Part shown: positions 30,201 through 42,082 of the stretch, one piece after another
Numbering within the stretch: the stretch's first letter is position 1
How the letters are laid out: every line of letters starts with the position of its first letter
Assembly: GCF_001186125.1 (NCBI RefSeq)
Contig: NW_014040302.1
Location: 1-43,336 of the forward strand
Source: Sphaeroforma arctica JP610
Lineage: Eukaryota
Direction: 5' to 3'
DNA: 43,336 nt
The notes under the pieces: generated by a model
Databases searched by the model: none
What the model saw: only the letters and a program-made list of their open reading frames with translations
Told to the model about the DNA's origin: nothing
Translations under genes and position numbers: made by a program

Positions 30201-30949
30201 CAATACCTTGTAGTTTAGCTTTAACATCTTTTTCCTGCCCATCCTAACGACAGTTTTCGGCGAAGAAACTACAAACAGCAAAATTCCTGAGCAGTCGTAT
30301 ACCGTAAATTCACAATGCGCTGTGTCGTTGAAAATCGAATCGCGGTGCATTTTCGTGTCCTTGAAAATCTTTAGTGTGGGAGAAAGCACTACCCTTAGCG
30401 ACTATCATCATGTGCGATAGAGAAATACCGTAACATCATCTATTGCGAATGCAGTAAGCTTTCGTTAATTTTGTAGAAGAAAACATTTCGATATAGTTTC
30501 AAGTGTTGTAATTCATTTATAATCGGTTCAAGTATTGAATTTATTCAATTTCGGCCCCAACATCTGTGTAATATAAGATAATAAGTAACGTGTGAGCTAC
30601 GCTCAATAGGTTCAAATTTAATATCACAGATAATGTTGGTCAAATATAGAGAATTATATGGGTTCGATATAGGTGAGATGAAGCTATCAGGCAGAAAGTA
30701 ACTGTGAAATACAAGTCGCCAACAAATCTGGGCCAAAGGAGTCGTATCGATGAGCGCCTTAACTCTCCTGTTCACGATTGTTTTGATACTTTATTATGCT
30801 AGATTTCTTACTGATTAGGTCTTGATCATGGTCAGATCATCAAAAGAGTGCTCGGCTAATGAGCTCTCTCCCTGAGGTGGACTCTGCTAATTTAAGTGAA
30901 GATGCAGTTGTGTTGCAATATGTAAGTAAGTTAATATCATCTGAGGTCC

Positions 30950-31301
30950 ATGAATTCAACTATGAACATTATTCTTGTTTCAACCCTGGTCACGTTTGAG
31001 TATACCTTTTATAATGAAATTCAATATTACTCATCATAGCAGCATTCATATATTTAGAATAGTAATTTTTTTCGTGGCCGGACGGATGGCAAGGTGCATT
31101 TTAGCATGCTGTGAGCAAGTGAATATCGCCTGAGCTCAATGAATTCAACTATAACATTATTTCTGTTACAAACCCTGGTCACTTTTGAATATAAAATTTT
31201 AGATGAGATTCAAAATTACTCATCATAGAACAATTCATGTATCTAGACTAGTGATTTTTTTATGGCTGGACGGGTGGCAAGGTGTATTATTCTATAGCAT
31301 G
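30950..31301. repeat. Diverged tandem duplication, ~189-bp period
   Basis: TGAATTCAACTAT...ACCCTGGTCAC...ATTACTCATCATAG...GGACGG.TGGCAAGGTG occurs from 30951 and again from 31140. Confidence 0.85.
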
Positions 31302-32432
31302 TGCAAATCTATTCAATATCTTACTGTGCTACACATACATCTCTAGTAATGATGTTTGAGCCTTATTGTGGCAAAATCACTTCCCTGGGAAAACATATCT
31401 ATTTGAATCATGAAGCGAGATTGAGCCAAATAAAAGTAAGTGGTATGAAATGCTAGTGGTATACAGACGCAGGTATCGGCTCACCAATGTTAAATTTGAA
31501 ACAGATATGCATAGCCTCAAGCTTCAGCTAGAGGTCACAACTCGTAGCTCACTTTATTTATGTTGTGATAGACCCGGGCATATCGACTGTCGCTCTAATC
31601 TGGACAGCAGTCACAGCTGTATCGTGTCAGATAATCTTCGGAATCGCAGGCCTGTCGTATTTGTGATAGATACTATTTAAAACATCACAATGGTGACCTT
31701 GATTTGTTAACATACAAAACATTCGCTTTACACAGACGATTTATAACGTATCCATCCTAGGAGATCATGTGAGTTAAGAGCTTTTTTTGCTTTTATACTT
31801 TTCCGTATTACCAACCGACTCACAAAACTCGTCACATACTATATGACACTATTTCTAGAAAATCAGTTGCTGGTACGCCTCGTTGCTCAAACCAAGCAAA
31901 CCCAACTTTTACTGCTAGTGATCCAAGATTGGTGTTTCTACACAGAAGTTTAGCACACACAGCCCTGATTGTTCAGTACCTGATTTCACATATGATGATA
32001 CACTCTTCTTGACATACTGTTTTCCAACTCGTCACTGACAGTATGTATCAACTAATAGGGTATAATATCTACATTTCTCAATGAAGCACATCTTCAAATA
32101 TCGCCCGTACTATCGACAGAATAATCTTCCATTTTGCCTGGCGTATTTGTGGCCTTGTGACCAGCCAGTACTAAAAGATGGAATCAGCGATATCCCCGGT
32201 GATAGTTCAAACTTACGGTAGACTTATTTTCCGGTCCGCACGTAAGTATGACAGTTGAGAGGTTTGATAAAATGTGGATCTGTTTTTATCATAGTCGACT
32301 TGAGTTCGAGCGTATACACGCTTACTATCCCACATTGCATACGTTTTCCTCCTTGGGTTTGGGTCAAATCTTCGAAATATACACTTCCACCTTTTTAATG
32401 TACATCGAGAGACTTTGTTTATTTTATATATA

Positions 32433-32434
<2 letters not shown>

Positions 32435-32494
<60 letters not shown>
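32435..32494. repeat. (TA)n microsatellite abutting an assembly gap
   Basis: About 30 TA units before the N-run. AT-rich TATTA repeats continue after it. Confidence 0.9.
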
Positions 32495-33202
32495 NNNNNN
32501 NNNNNNNNNNNNNNNNNNNNNNNNNNNNNNNNNNNNNNNNNNNNNNNNNNNNNNNNNNNNNNNNNNNNNNNNNNNNNNNNNNNCGTACGTTGTCGTATAG
32601 TCTATATATATATTATATTATATAATTATAATATTATATATATTATATATATATATGATAATAGTTGTTTATTTTGTTTCTCGCATGCAGCTTCAACTAT
32701 CGACTGTACACGTCATGATTGAATAGTATAGAAGTGCATGAGTTTTTAGTTTCAGGACGTAGTGATATTTATTATATACTAGTAATTTTTATGTATAATA
32801 ATAGTCGTATGTTTGGGTCCAGTCTCCATTTCCACTTTTTAAATGAAAACCCATTTATCGCGCAAAATCTTTCATGTTTTATACGTATGGCTTTTTAATT
32901 CTAGTTTTGATCCTAAAACGTTGATAGACTGTAATTGTAATGTCGAGCCGATAGTAAGGTCCGAAAAAAACTAAGTCTAACAAAATTATATCACGATCTT
33001 GAGGTTAAATTTGCACCCGTATCACCTCGGTGATACGGAATGGATAACATCTCCGCTATGGTGGGCATATATTCATTATGCACTTGAGTAGTAAGGCGAC
33101 CATACATAGGCTCGGTACATGGGATGAACACGTGCTATCTACAGAACAGCATGTTGCAAACTATCAGCAAGTTTGACCAAATACACCCTATTCCTACTAT
33201 CT

Positions 33203-33685
33203 GGCCAGCACGCCATTCTCTTTATTTTCGTTTATAATTGCGCAGTTGTCACATCTTGCCCAGTTTCCGACACCATCAGATATGATCGGGTGCCTGATAC
33301 AGTCGATGCGATACACGTCTCTCGCTTGGGTAGATAAACAACCTTTATTCCTTGTCAGGTGCGTTCTGTTGCGTTTCACACATTTTTTTTCCGTTCGAAT
33401 AGGTAGAGTCATTTTTAAATTACGTTTTACGGGACTGCGGATATGTAATCACATTAGCATATTTTTCATTGCTAGTATTCGACCAGCACGGCATGCCGTT
33501 ATTTCGCGTTAATGGTTTTGCAATTGTCACATCTTCATCTTGCACATCCTTCGACACCGTCAGATACGTTCAGGTGTCTAATACAATCGATGCGATAACG
33601 TCTCTCGTTTGCGAGTATATGTAACCTTTTTGTCCCTTACCGGATGCGTTCTGTTTTCTGTAGCCAATTTAAATTTCGTTCGAGA
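33203..33685. repeat. Diverged tandem duplication, ~280-bp period
   Basis: CCAGCACG...TTGTCACATCTT...CGACACC.TCAGATA...TCGATGCGATA..CGTCTCTCG...TGCGTTCTGTT...CGTTCGA occurs at ~33204-33400 and ~33483-33683. Confidence 0.8.
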
Positions 33686-36600
33686 ATTTTTTTCAATTTA
33701 ATTTACACGTCGCTTGTGGCTAGGCCATCTCATCGGAACACTTTCGGTGATTTGTATTTTATTCTCAGCGATCGGACGTCTTGCATCCGCATCTATTGTA
33801 CCGGTATTGGCTGTAAAGTAGTCATGATACCAATTGCTACAAGTCCTATTCATGCATCTCGTTACCCGTGACAATAGCGATTCCTACTTTACAAAGACCT
33901 TCTCTGAATTGAAATATAATACAGTTGCAATGTTCCTATCAACTTTCATATTGCCGTGGGCACAGTAGTTCTTCGCATTCAGAATTAAATATAAACTTTG
34001 ACGGATATCTGCATCACCAGATTTGATCGAATTACAATCGGCACTGAAGGGGTATAATATATACTAGACATCTAGAATCGAAAAACAAACTTGAGGCAAA
34101 AGAGTGACACTCAATTTGTACCACAGCCGCTTAGTCAATGATAGGATAAATTGAACAACGGACAGCAATTACCTCGCGGTTCTCGAACCTTGTGACAGAA
34201 TTAACTATCTGTGACTGCACTTCAAACCCTACTCCAAGGTACAGATAAAGACGGAATAGTGTTTTCCATTTTGCGATATGGAATCTACATAGTACGCTAA
34301 ACCCTAGTACGCCGGACCCGAGAACTGCACGATATCGTAGGACACAATAATATTGCACATACTTTTACGTTGCAGGAAGTACATGGTCAGCGCGTGTAAA
34401 CTTTTCCGTGACCGACGATCTATGAGCACTTGTTCGTGTTCGATGGTTTTATTATTAAATCATTGGTAAGAGGCTTCTGATATGAAAAGCGATAATCCAC
34501 TCAGCTGAGAAAGATACACGTACATATTTCTACTTACATTCCTGTTTGCATCCGTTGATATAAAAGTTATACCCCGTTCTACCTTGTGCACAAGGCACAG
34601 GAATCGCCGTCGAATTTCCAAATAGTGAAGCGATAATTTTTAGTTCGTGATATGATACACAGCAAGCAGTATTTTGTTAATGTCGGGTATATGTTGCTTA
34701 GAAAATTGGGAATTTTATCATTTTAAACAGCTTCACTGTTGATTTCACCGTGGTGCAACTAATATTCTTCCGTAGAAGAAAGCTTCGTCACGAACGTACC
34801 GCTTTCTTTGACGAGGTGATTGAAGCTATGTAATTGTTTGTCAACAGTATGTATGCTTCTAGAACATACTGGGAAACACCTGTGGATTACAAGTGCTTGA
34901 GAATAGTATTTAGTGTTCATTGTACTTGTGTAAATATGAATGATTCATAGCGTCACATTCGTCCGTTACGAATAGAAATTGTCAAATAATCTTGCCATTT
35001 GCGATCAGCCAAAAACTCTGGAGTAGGATAGTGTAGGATAGTAGTCACAAAGTCTTTGCGGATATGGACGCAGCGAGCAGCACACCTCTCCGACAGAAAA
35101 AATATGATAGCTAGTATGAGTACTGCGGCTGACTTCTGAAATACGTGTTGCATCTTCTGGATTTTAACATCTGCAATGGATTTCTATTCAGTCATCCGGT
35201 ATATATGTAAATTTGATCTTCTCGCCTTGAAATTGTCTAGGTCTGATCCGCCTAGCCGTTGCGTAGGCCGAATGTATACAATTGTCCTAACCTTTCTACT
35301 GATTGCGATAAGTTCAGTTCAGAATCGGAGGGGAAAAGAACTCATTCAACGAGGTCAGCACGGCATCACATACTCCGGCGAATATTGATCACATATGAAA
35401 TGAACTCAAAAAAGAAAACCCAACGTCATAGATGAGCAGTGGTTGCGAGGAGAAATTGCATTGTCTGTACATGCGAATAAACGCTGAAGAGACTCACAGA
35501 AATTTGCTAGTTAATCCGGCGATGAGCGTCTATGATAGTGTGATGTGTTGCTGTATGTTTTGTTCGTAACGATTGAAGTGGCAGATATTTTGAAGTTTAT
35601 GTATATTCCGCGAGTAAATAGGAAGCCTTATAATAACAAAATACATTGGTACCTTGATACTTGCAGTTGTATCTCATTATTCTAAGCACAAATGACAAGT
35701 TTTACAGCTTAATAGCCTTNNNNNNNNNNNNNNNNNNNNNNNNNNNNNNNNNNNNNNNNNNNNNNNNNNNNNNNNNNNNNNNNNNNNNNNNNNNNNNNNN
35801 NNNNNNNNNNNNNNNNNNNNNNNNNNNNNNNNNNNNNNNNNNNNNNNNNNNNNNNNNNNNNNNNNNNNNNNNNNNNNNNNNNNNNNNNNNNNNNNNNNNN
35901 NNNNNNNNNNNNNNNNNNNNNNNNNNNNNNNNNNNNNNNNNNNNNNNNNNNNNNNNNNNNNNNNNNNNNNNNNNNNNNNNNNNNNNNNNNNNNNNNNNNN
36001 NNNNNNNNNNNNNNNNNNNNNNNNNNNNNNNNNNNNNNNNNNNNNNNNNNNNNNNNNNNNNNNNNNNNNNNNNNNNNNNNNNNNNNNNNNNNNNNNNNNN
36101 NNNNNNNNNNNNNNNNNNNNNNNNNNNNNNNNNNNNNNNNNNNNNNNNNNNNNNNNNNNNNNNNNNNNNNNNNNNNNNNNNNNNNNNNNNNNNNNNNNNN
36201 NNNNNNNNNNNNNNNNNNNNNNNNNNNNNNNNNNNNNNNNNNNNNNNNNNNNNNNNNNNNNNNNNNNNNNNNNNNNNNNNNNNNNNNNNNNNNNNNNNNN
36301 NNNNNNNNNNNNNNNNNNNNNNNNNNNNNNNNNNNNNNNNNNNNNNNNNNNNNNNNNNNNNNNNNNNNNNNNNNNNNNNNNNNNNNNNNNNNNNNNNNNN
36401 NNNNNNNNNNNNNNNNNNNNNNNNNNNNNNNNNNNNNNNNNNNNNNNNNNNNNNNNNNNNNNNNNNNNNNNNNNNNNNNNNNNNNNNNNNNNNNNNNNNN
36501 NNNNNNNNNNNNNNNNNNNNNNNNNNNNNNNNNNNNNNNNNNNNNNNNNNNNNNNNNNNNNNNNNNNNNNNNNNNNNNNNNNNNNNNNNNNNNNNNNNNN

Positions 36601-38315
36601 NNNNNNNAAGTATTCATAAGGACAACCAAATCGAAACAATCCAACGTCAATGTATACTAGACTAAGTCATTATTACTATTACGAACAAAGTATCTGAATG
36701 TACATTAAAATGAAGGCAAAATACTATATGTACTGTAGTAAGTCGTCTAAGATAATTGTATCTCACGTACTCCCCCCGTACAAGGGAAGACGTTGTTCAT
36801 TTATCGAACTCAAATCCTGTGACTATCATTTTGGTCACGTGTTTTACCGTAACTGTTTTCACCTGTTTGGAAAACCCGGTTCAAAATGTAGTCTCTAATA
36901 AAACCCTAATATTAAATAAACCCGATCAGGGACTTCCTGACTACAGTACATTCACAAAATTCACCGTCCAAAACGTACAAATGTACATTTAGAGACAATT
37001 AAACTTTTGAATATACATTTATTTGCTTTTTTTGGTGCGCAGATTCACCTCAAATATATATTAAAATCCTTCGGATGTATATATTCTTAATTGGTTGTCT
37101 TGCTATTCATTTGTTTTGACATCTGCTACTTCATTCAAACTTATCTCAATGTCTGGCGCGCAACTCGCGTGATCTCTAATACTCTGTCGCAAGGATCGTA
37201 CAAGATTTTTTATATTTTAAATCCCCTTTTATTTCAATTCTGTTGTCATACTGGACACTTTTAACATAGCCGTGTAAACACAATGCCTCCAAATCATTCA
37301 CGAGTACTTGTCTGTGGGATAATATTTTACCTAACGTACTGAATATTCGAATATTCCTCAGCTCTAGCAGAATCCGGCATATATTCTAAAATAGTACAAT
37401 AGCTTTTGTTTTGTCCAGTGCGACAATCGCATGTTACTATGTGCGTTCCCATGTTACCACGGGATCAATGAGTCGTAAGTTTTCTGCCCTACGATACTTG
37501 TGTATGTGTCCTTGATTCATTTTCTATGTGCATCAACGTCATATAAGAAAACAGCAAAACCTCTGTGTGTGACACCAAGTGCTAGGTAGATTTCATCGTA
37601 GATAAAAGCATCAATATTGAATTAAGTGCATAACTAACAAATGCAGTGTCTGGAACATTCAAAAAAAAATATCTTTTGCCGAGTTTAAAAGCTGTAGTTG
37701 CTTTGTGTGAAACAACAAAGTCTGCTTCGATACTGTTTTCACTGCCCTTCCAAATGTGACAGTTTTAAGCATCAGCCCTACGTATGTTTGTAGATCTATG
37801 TCGAGATACTCGACTGTTATGATTTCTACGACAGTATAGTTTATCTCGTTCAAAGTATTGCTGGTTTGAGTATCTTCATGTTGTACTTTATGAACAAGAT
37901 AGAAATAAAGTCGAATTGCTCGTAGTTTGAACGTGATGTACTTCGCAGACAACATCAATTTTGCATCAACAGTGCTAACAAGAGCAAAATATAATCGTAG
38001 ATATGCAAAACACACTCGGTCCTTCTATGGCGGGTTCGTTGATGACTTTCATATGTACAAGTAGGATTCGTCTCGTCCGTCGCTTATCGACACGGCCTTT
38101 TATCTATTCGTGTAGCTGATAGTCAATCCTTACAGCTATGTCCAGCTTTCGATTTTTCCTTCATACATGAATACATGTGAGATTAATAGTTGGAATTTAA
38201 TGTTAAGTGTGTCTAGGGTTATTCAATAAAATTTACTCGAACCATAGAAAATTCAGAATATCAGAACTCATGTATTTATTACCGCCAATTCTGAAAATCC
38301 GCGTAACATGTTTTA

Positions 38316-38336
38316 GTGTGTGTGTGTGTGTGTGTG
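38316..38336. repeat. (TG)n microsatellite
   Basis: About 10 GT units. Confidence 0.85.
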
Positions 38337-39214
38337 GCATAAAAGCAGAAAGCAAGAAGCAAGACTGTGCACCACAGAAATAAACAGTATAGATTTACTT
38401 TAAAAGGTGACTTAATGCACATCAGCAAGTCACTAAAGTTTGTTTGAATTTAATTGAGGAATAATCGGAAATTACGTTTAGAGAATTTGATTGGTAATTA
38501 GAAAACGTACCTGTAAATTCCTGCGTACATTTAGTGACTTTCCCATACTGGGCATACACATTGAGTATAGTGGACTTCTTCTACTATTTCCAAGCCATCG
38601 TGTATGTTACCGTGTCCAGTGAGTTGACCCAACAGGGAAAATCCGAGAAGTTCACCAGCGGGTGCAGAATAAAATATGCAATCCAAACAATACACCGTCG
38701 AAAGAACTACTGACGACCCAGTCAATCCCGACATGTGAGAATTTACCCTGGCCAGCCCAAACGGGTAAAAACTAGAACGAAAACATTTATAGGTAAAAAA
38801 ACCAGGGTGAAGTCAGAAATAAACACATACTTTTTCACATGTAAAGTCTATTGTATTACACCCCAACAACTCATTAGGCCCGTCTGGAAGTCGCCATACT
38901 CATCAGAGAGGTTTGTTGTAAAATCTGGTCCGAGACCTGTAGTCTCTCAGTATTAAAAAGTCGTGCTACTTGCACATCACTCTTGGCACGCTCATCAGCC
39001 TTCTCATTAGCTTACGAGCATGAAATATTAGAGTTTGGGACACTAAATTTTTGATTTATAATTGATAGTACCGCACTTCAAATAATTTAGCAACGTCATT
39101 AATGTATCAGGTTCTGACTGTAAAATACACATGCTAACGATAGGACTCATCTGTATCACCTCCAATTTGACGTGTGTAGTTGCTTGTATTAGGTTTTCCA
39201 CGATAGCATCAAGC

Positions 39215-41850
39215 ATGGGTGTTACTGGACTATTTAATCTAGTACGCCCCATGTACGTGAAGACACCACTTTCATATATAGTAGGGGTACTAGGAATCGA
39301 TACAAGTTACATTGCGCACAATTTTGCAAGTACGCATGCAGTAGAGATCGTGATCGACAAAAACTTTCAACCTTTCCTCATCGATGTGTATGCATCATTA
39401 CAAAGACTACAATCATACGGGTTAGGAACCATGAAGGTCTTCATGGTATTTGACGGGTATAGAGATAAAGGGAAGGCAGTAAGTGAGGAACGCAAAAAAA
39501 ACACAGCAGGCATCGATGGACGAAATAGATGCGCACATCAAGGAATGTTTTTGGCATGTGTGTTTATACAACTATAACTTGACTTGCTATATTTATGCGT
39601 AAGTATAATATTGCACGACTTGCCTATACTATATAATAATTTACCGCAGGCCAAACGTAAAACAAAAGTATTCGATGAGGTGAAAGCCTGCAAGGATGCA
39701 GTATCCTCCTTCAACCACGAAATGGCCGAGATGCTGATGCTTTTGTGTCTAGAAAAGGACATTGAGTTTATAGAATCTCCCATAGAAGCTGAACAGCAAC
39801 TCCTGGCATTACAGCTGCGAGGTACCATCGACCATATTCTTGCTTTTGACTCCGATTACATTGTAATTGATTGTACAAATATTATAATGGAACAGCGGTG
39901 GAAGTCTGGTATTGCAGATATCTTCTATAGGAAGAGTTGTTAAGCAACTAAGATTACTAATATACTTAATTCTGCTGAGGATACTGCCGATACTACATAA
40001 CTCAGCGTACAACAGGTATCATTCCTCAAAGCTATTTTGGAGCACGGGTTTGATGCGACTGTGTTATTGGCCGCCAGCTTACTTCAGTCGGACTACCGCT
40101 CGAAGACTGGTTGTGAGTAAGTTTTGTTTATGATTAGATTGGCATAATGCAAACTATAAGCACATAACCCTTTGTCTACAAAGTGCCTATGAATTCAAAG
40201 GGTGGACAGCGATGGAAGTCTGGTATTGCAGATGTCTTCTATAGGAAGAGTTGTTAAGCAACTAACATTACAAATATACTTAATTCTGCTGAGGACACTG
40301 CCGATACTACATAACTCAGCGTACAACAGGTATCATTCCTCAAAGCTATTTTGGAGCACGGGTTTGACGCGACTGTGTTATTGGCCGCCAGCTTACTTCA
40401 GTCGGACTACCGCTCGAAGACTGGTTGTGAGTAAGTTTTGTTTATGATTAGATTGGCATAATGCAAACTATAAGTACAGAACCCTTTGTCTACAAAGTGC
40501 CTATGAATTCAAAGGGTGGTTAGATGATGAATGCACACTCACAACGAACGAAGTGGCAGTGACGAAGTTTATGTTCTTTTGTCAACCCGTGTTCATTGTG
40601 ACTACTGATCTGGTGGATGAAGGACACAAACCTACGATTGTTTTTGGGGAAGACTTTCACTTCCAGAACTACGTATGTATGCTTTATAACTTGTTAAAGG
40701 GTCGTCGTCAGGTTTTGTTAGTTATGTCTGAGAGTACACTTAGTGACCACCGATTTGCAAAGTACTATACACTGGGTATGCATGAACAAAATAATCTTAG
40801 GAATGATTTGTAGAACATTCGTGAGAAACGATGGTCCAATATATGGAGTGGTCTACCACCAATTTCATGGACATCAACTAGTGTCGAGTCAGACATTGAG
40901 AGCTTTAACAAAATGCTACTCCCAGCTTTACGTGCCTATGCTGCACAGCGAGAGATCGTAATTCCAGTACGGTTTACCACAAAACCTGTAATAGTAGAGT
41001 ACTTAGCTCAAAAATAGTATTGTGCATCAGATGCGCTGAAAGAAATTCCAATACCAGAAATCCTCACCGCCTTACTTGCAGCACGTCTGTCCATGGAACG
41101 AGACTTGAGAGACACGTGTGATAGGCTAGCATTTTTTTTTAAATATGACAACATATCATTAGATTGTGTAGTAGTGAGCATTAAGACTATCAAGGCTTAC
41201 TATGGGAAAGTGGCGTACACGTTATGTCAAACAAAAGAACAGGAACAGCGCGCGACAGTTAACTTACATGTCATATTTCAAACTATCAGACAATCCTAAG
41301 AGAAAGCATAGAGCTTTAATGTATGTACGCGGGTGAGGTTTCACGATCATATCGGCACGATAAAATGAACGTGATATGAGTGTGTACTATTGACAAAGAC
41401 AAAGACACAGGAGCATGGTTTATGAATATTGTGGAGGACTGTACTTGTTTGATACCACTAGCACTTACTAAAAAAGTTGTGACCGATGAAGGAGAAGGAG
41501 ATTATAAAATATTGAATGTGTCCCCGTGTCATAATCATTCTAATTGTGTACACATCCGAGCGATACTCGAACGTGTACGTGAGTTAGGGAACCCAGGGTC
41601 GACTGATGGCGCATGCTCGTGGTCGAAACGTCCGAAATCTCGGAAGTTTATCCCAAACCAACATGCAACAATGCTTGCCAAAGAATTTGTCAGCCAGAGT
41701 AAAGACTTTCGATGTAGAGTGTATAGAACATATTTCAATCCGCTTTTCGAGTCGCACAGGGCAGAGCTTGATCTCGAGATGGAAGATGAGGAGAAAGCAA
41801 AATATATTGCCTTTCGGAAGGAAAGAAAAACTGAGCTGCTTCAAACCTGA
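39215..41850 (+). pseudogene. Disrupted XPG/FEN1/EXO1-family 5' nuclease with downstream SAP-like segment and SWIM zinc finger (putative transposon accessory gene)
   Basis: XPG-N: MGVTGLFNLVRP...VLGIDTSYIAH...VFMVFDG...KAVSEERK (ATG 39215). XPG-I: FIESPIEAEQQLLALQLRGTIDHILAFDSDYIVIDC (~39765-39873). H3TH-like LLAASLLQSDY (~40063-40095). In-frame TAA at 39941 and 39998, plus a 314-bp duplication. Downstream: LKEIPIPEILTALLAARLSMERDLRDTCDRL and DCTC...NCVHIRAILERV...STDGACSWSKRP (41380-41850). Whether the nuclease and SWIM parts form one gene is inferred. Confidence 0.75.
39892..40519. repeat. Near-identical 314-bp tandem duplication inside the nuclease gene
   Basis: GAAGTCTGGTATTGCAG at 39901 and 40215; GAATTCAAAGGGTGG at 40191 and 40505. 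A handful of substitutions separate the copies. Confidence 0.95.
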
Positions 41851-42082
41851 AAAGGCAGCGAGAGGTCTCAAAATGGACCAGGTGCTTGACTGACTAGTGA
41901 ATGAGCCTAATGGATAAAATTTATATTGGGAACACACAATGAATTCGAATTCATACAGACTTTATTTATATTATATCTAGTTTGCTATCACTCTCCTAAA
42001 CGTCTTCGTGGTCGCCTTGTTGTCCTATGCGTGGAACTGATGGCTCTTTGTCGGACTCAGCTGAAGTATATTGATTCATCCA

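Noticed and set aside
34953..35153. 66-aa ORF with a signal-peptide-like N-terminus
   Set aside because: It is short, has no recognisable domain and has no supporting exon chain. It cannot be supported without transcripts.
39215..39943. Calling the nuclease the host's functional EXO1/FEN1/GEN1 gene
   Set aside because: It has in-frame stops, an internal duplication, strongly diverged motifs and adjacency to a transposase, so no gene symbol was assigned.
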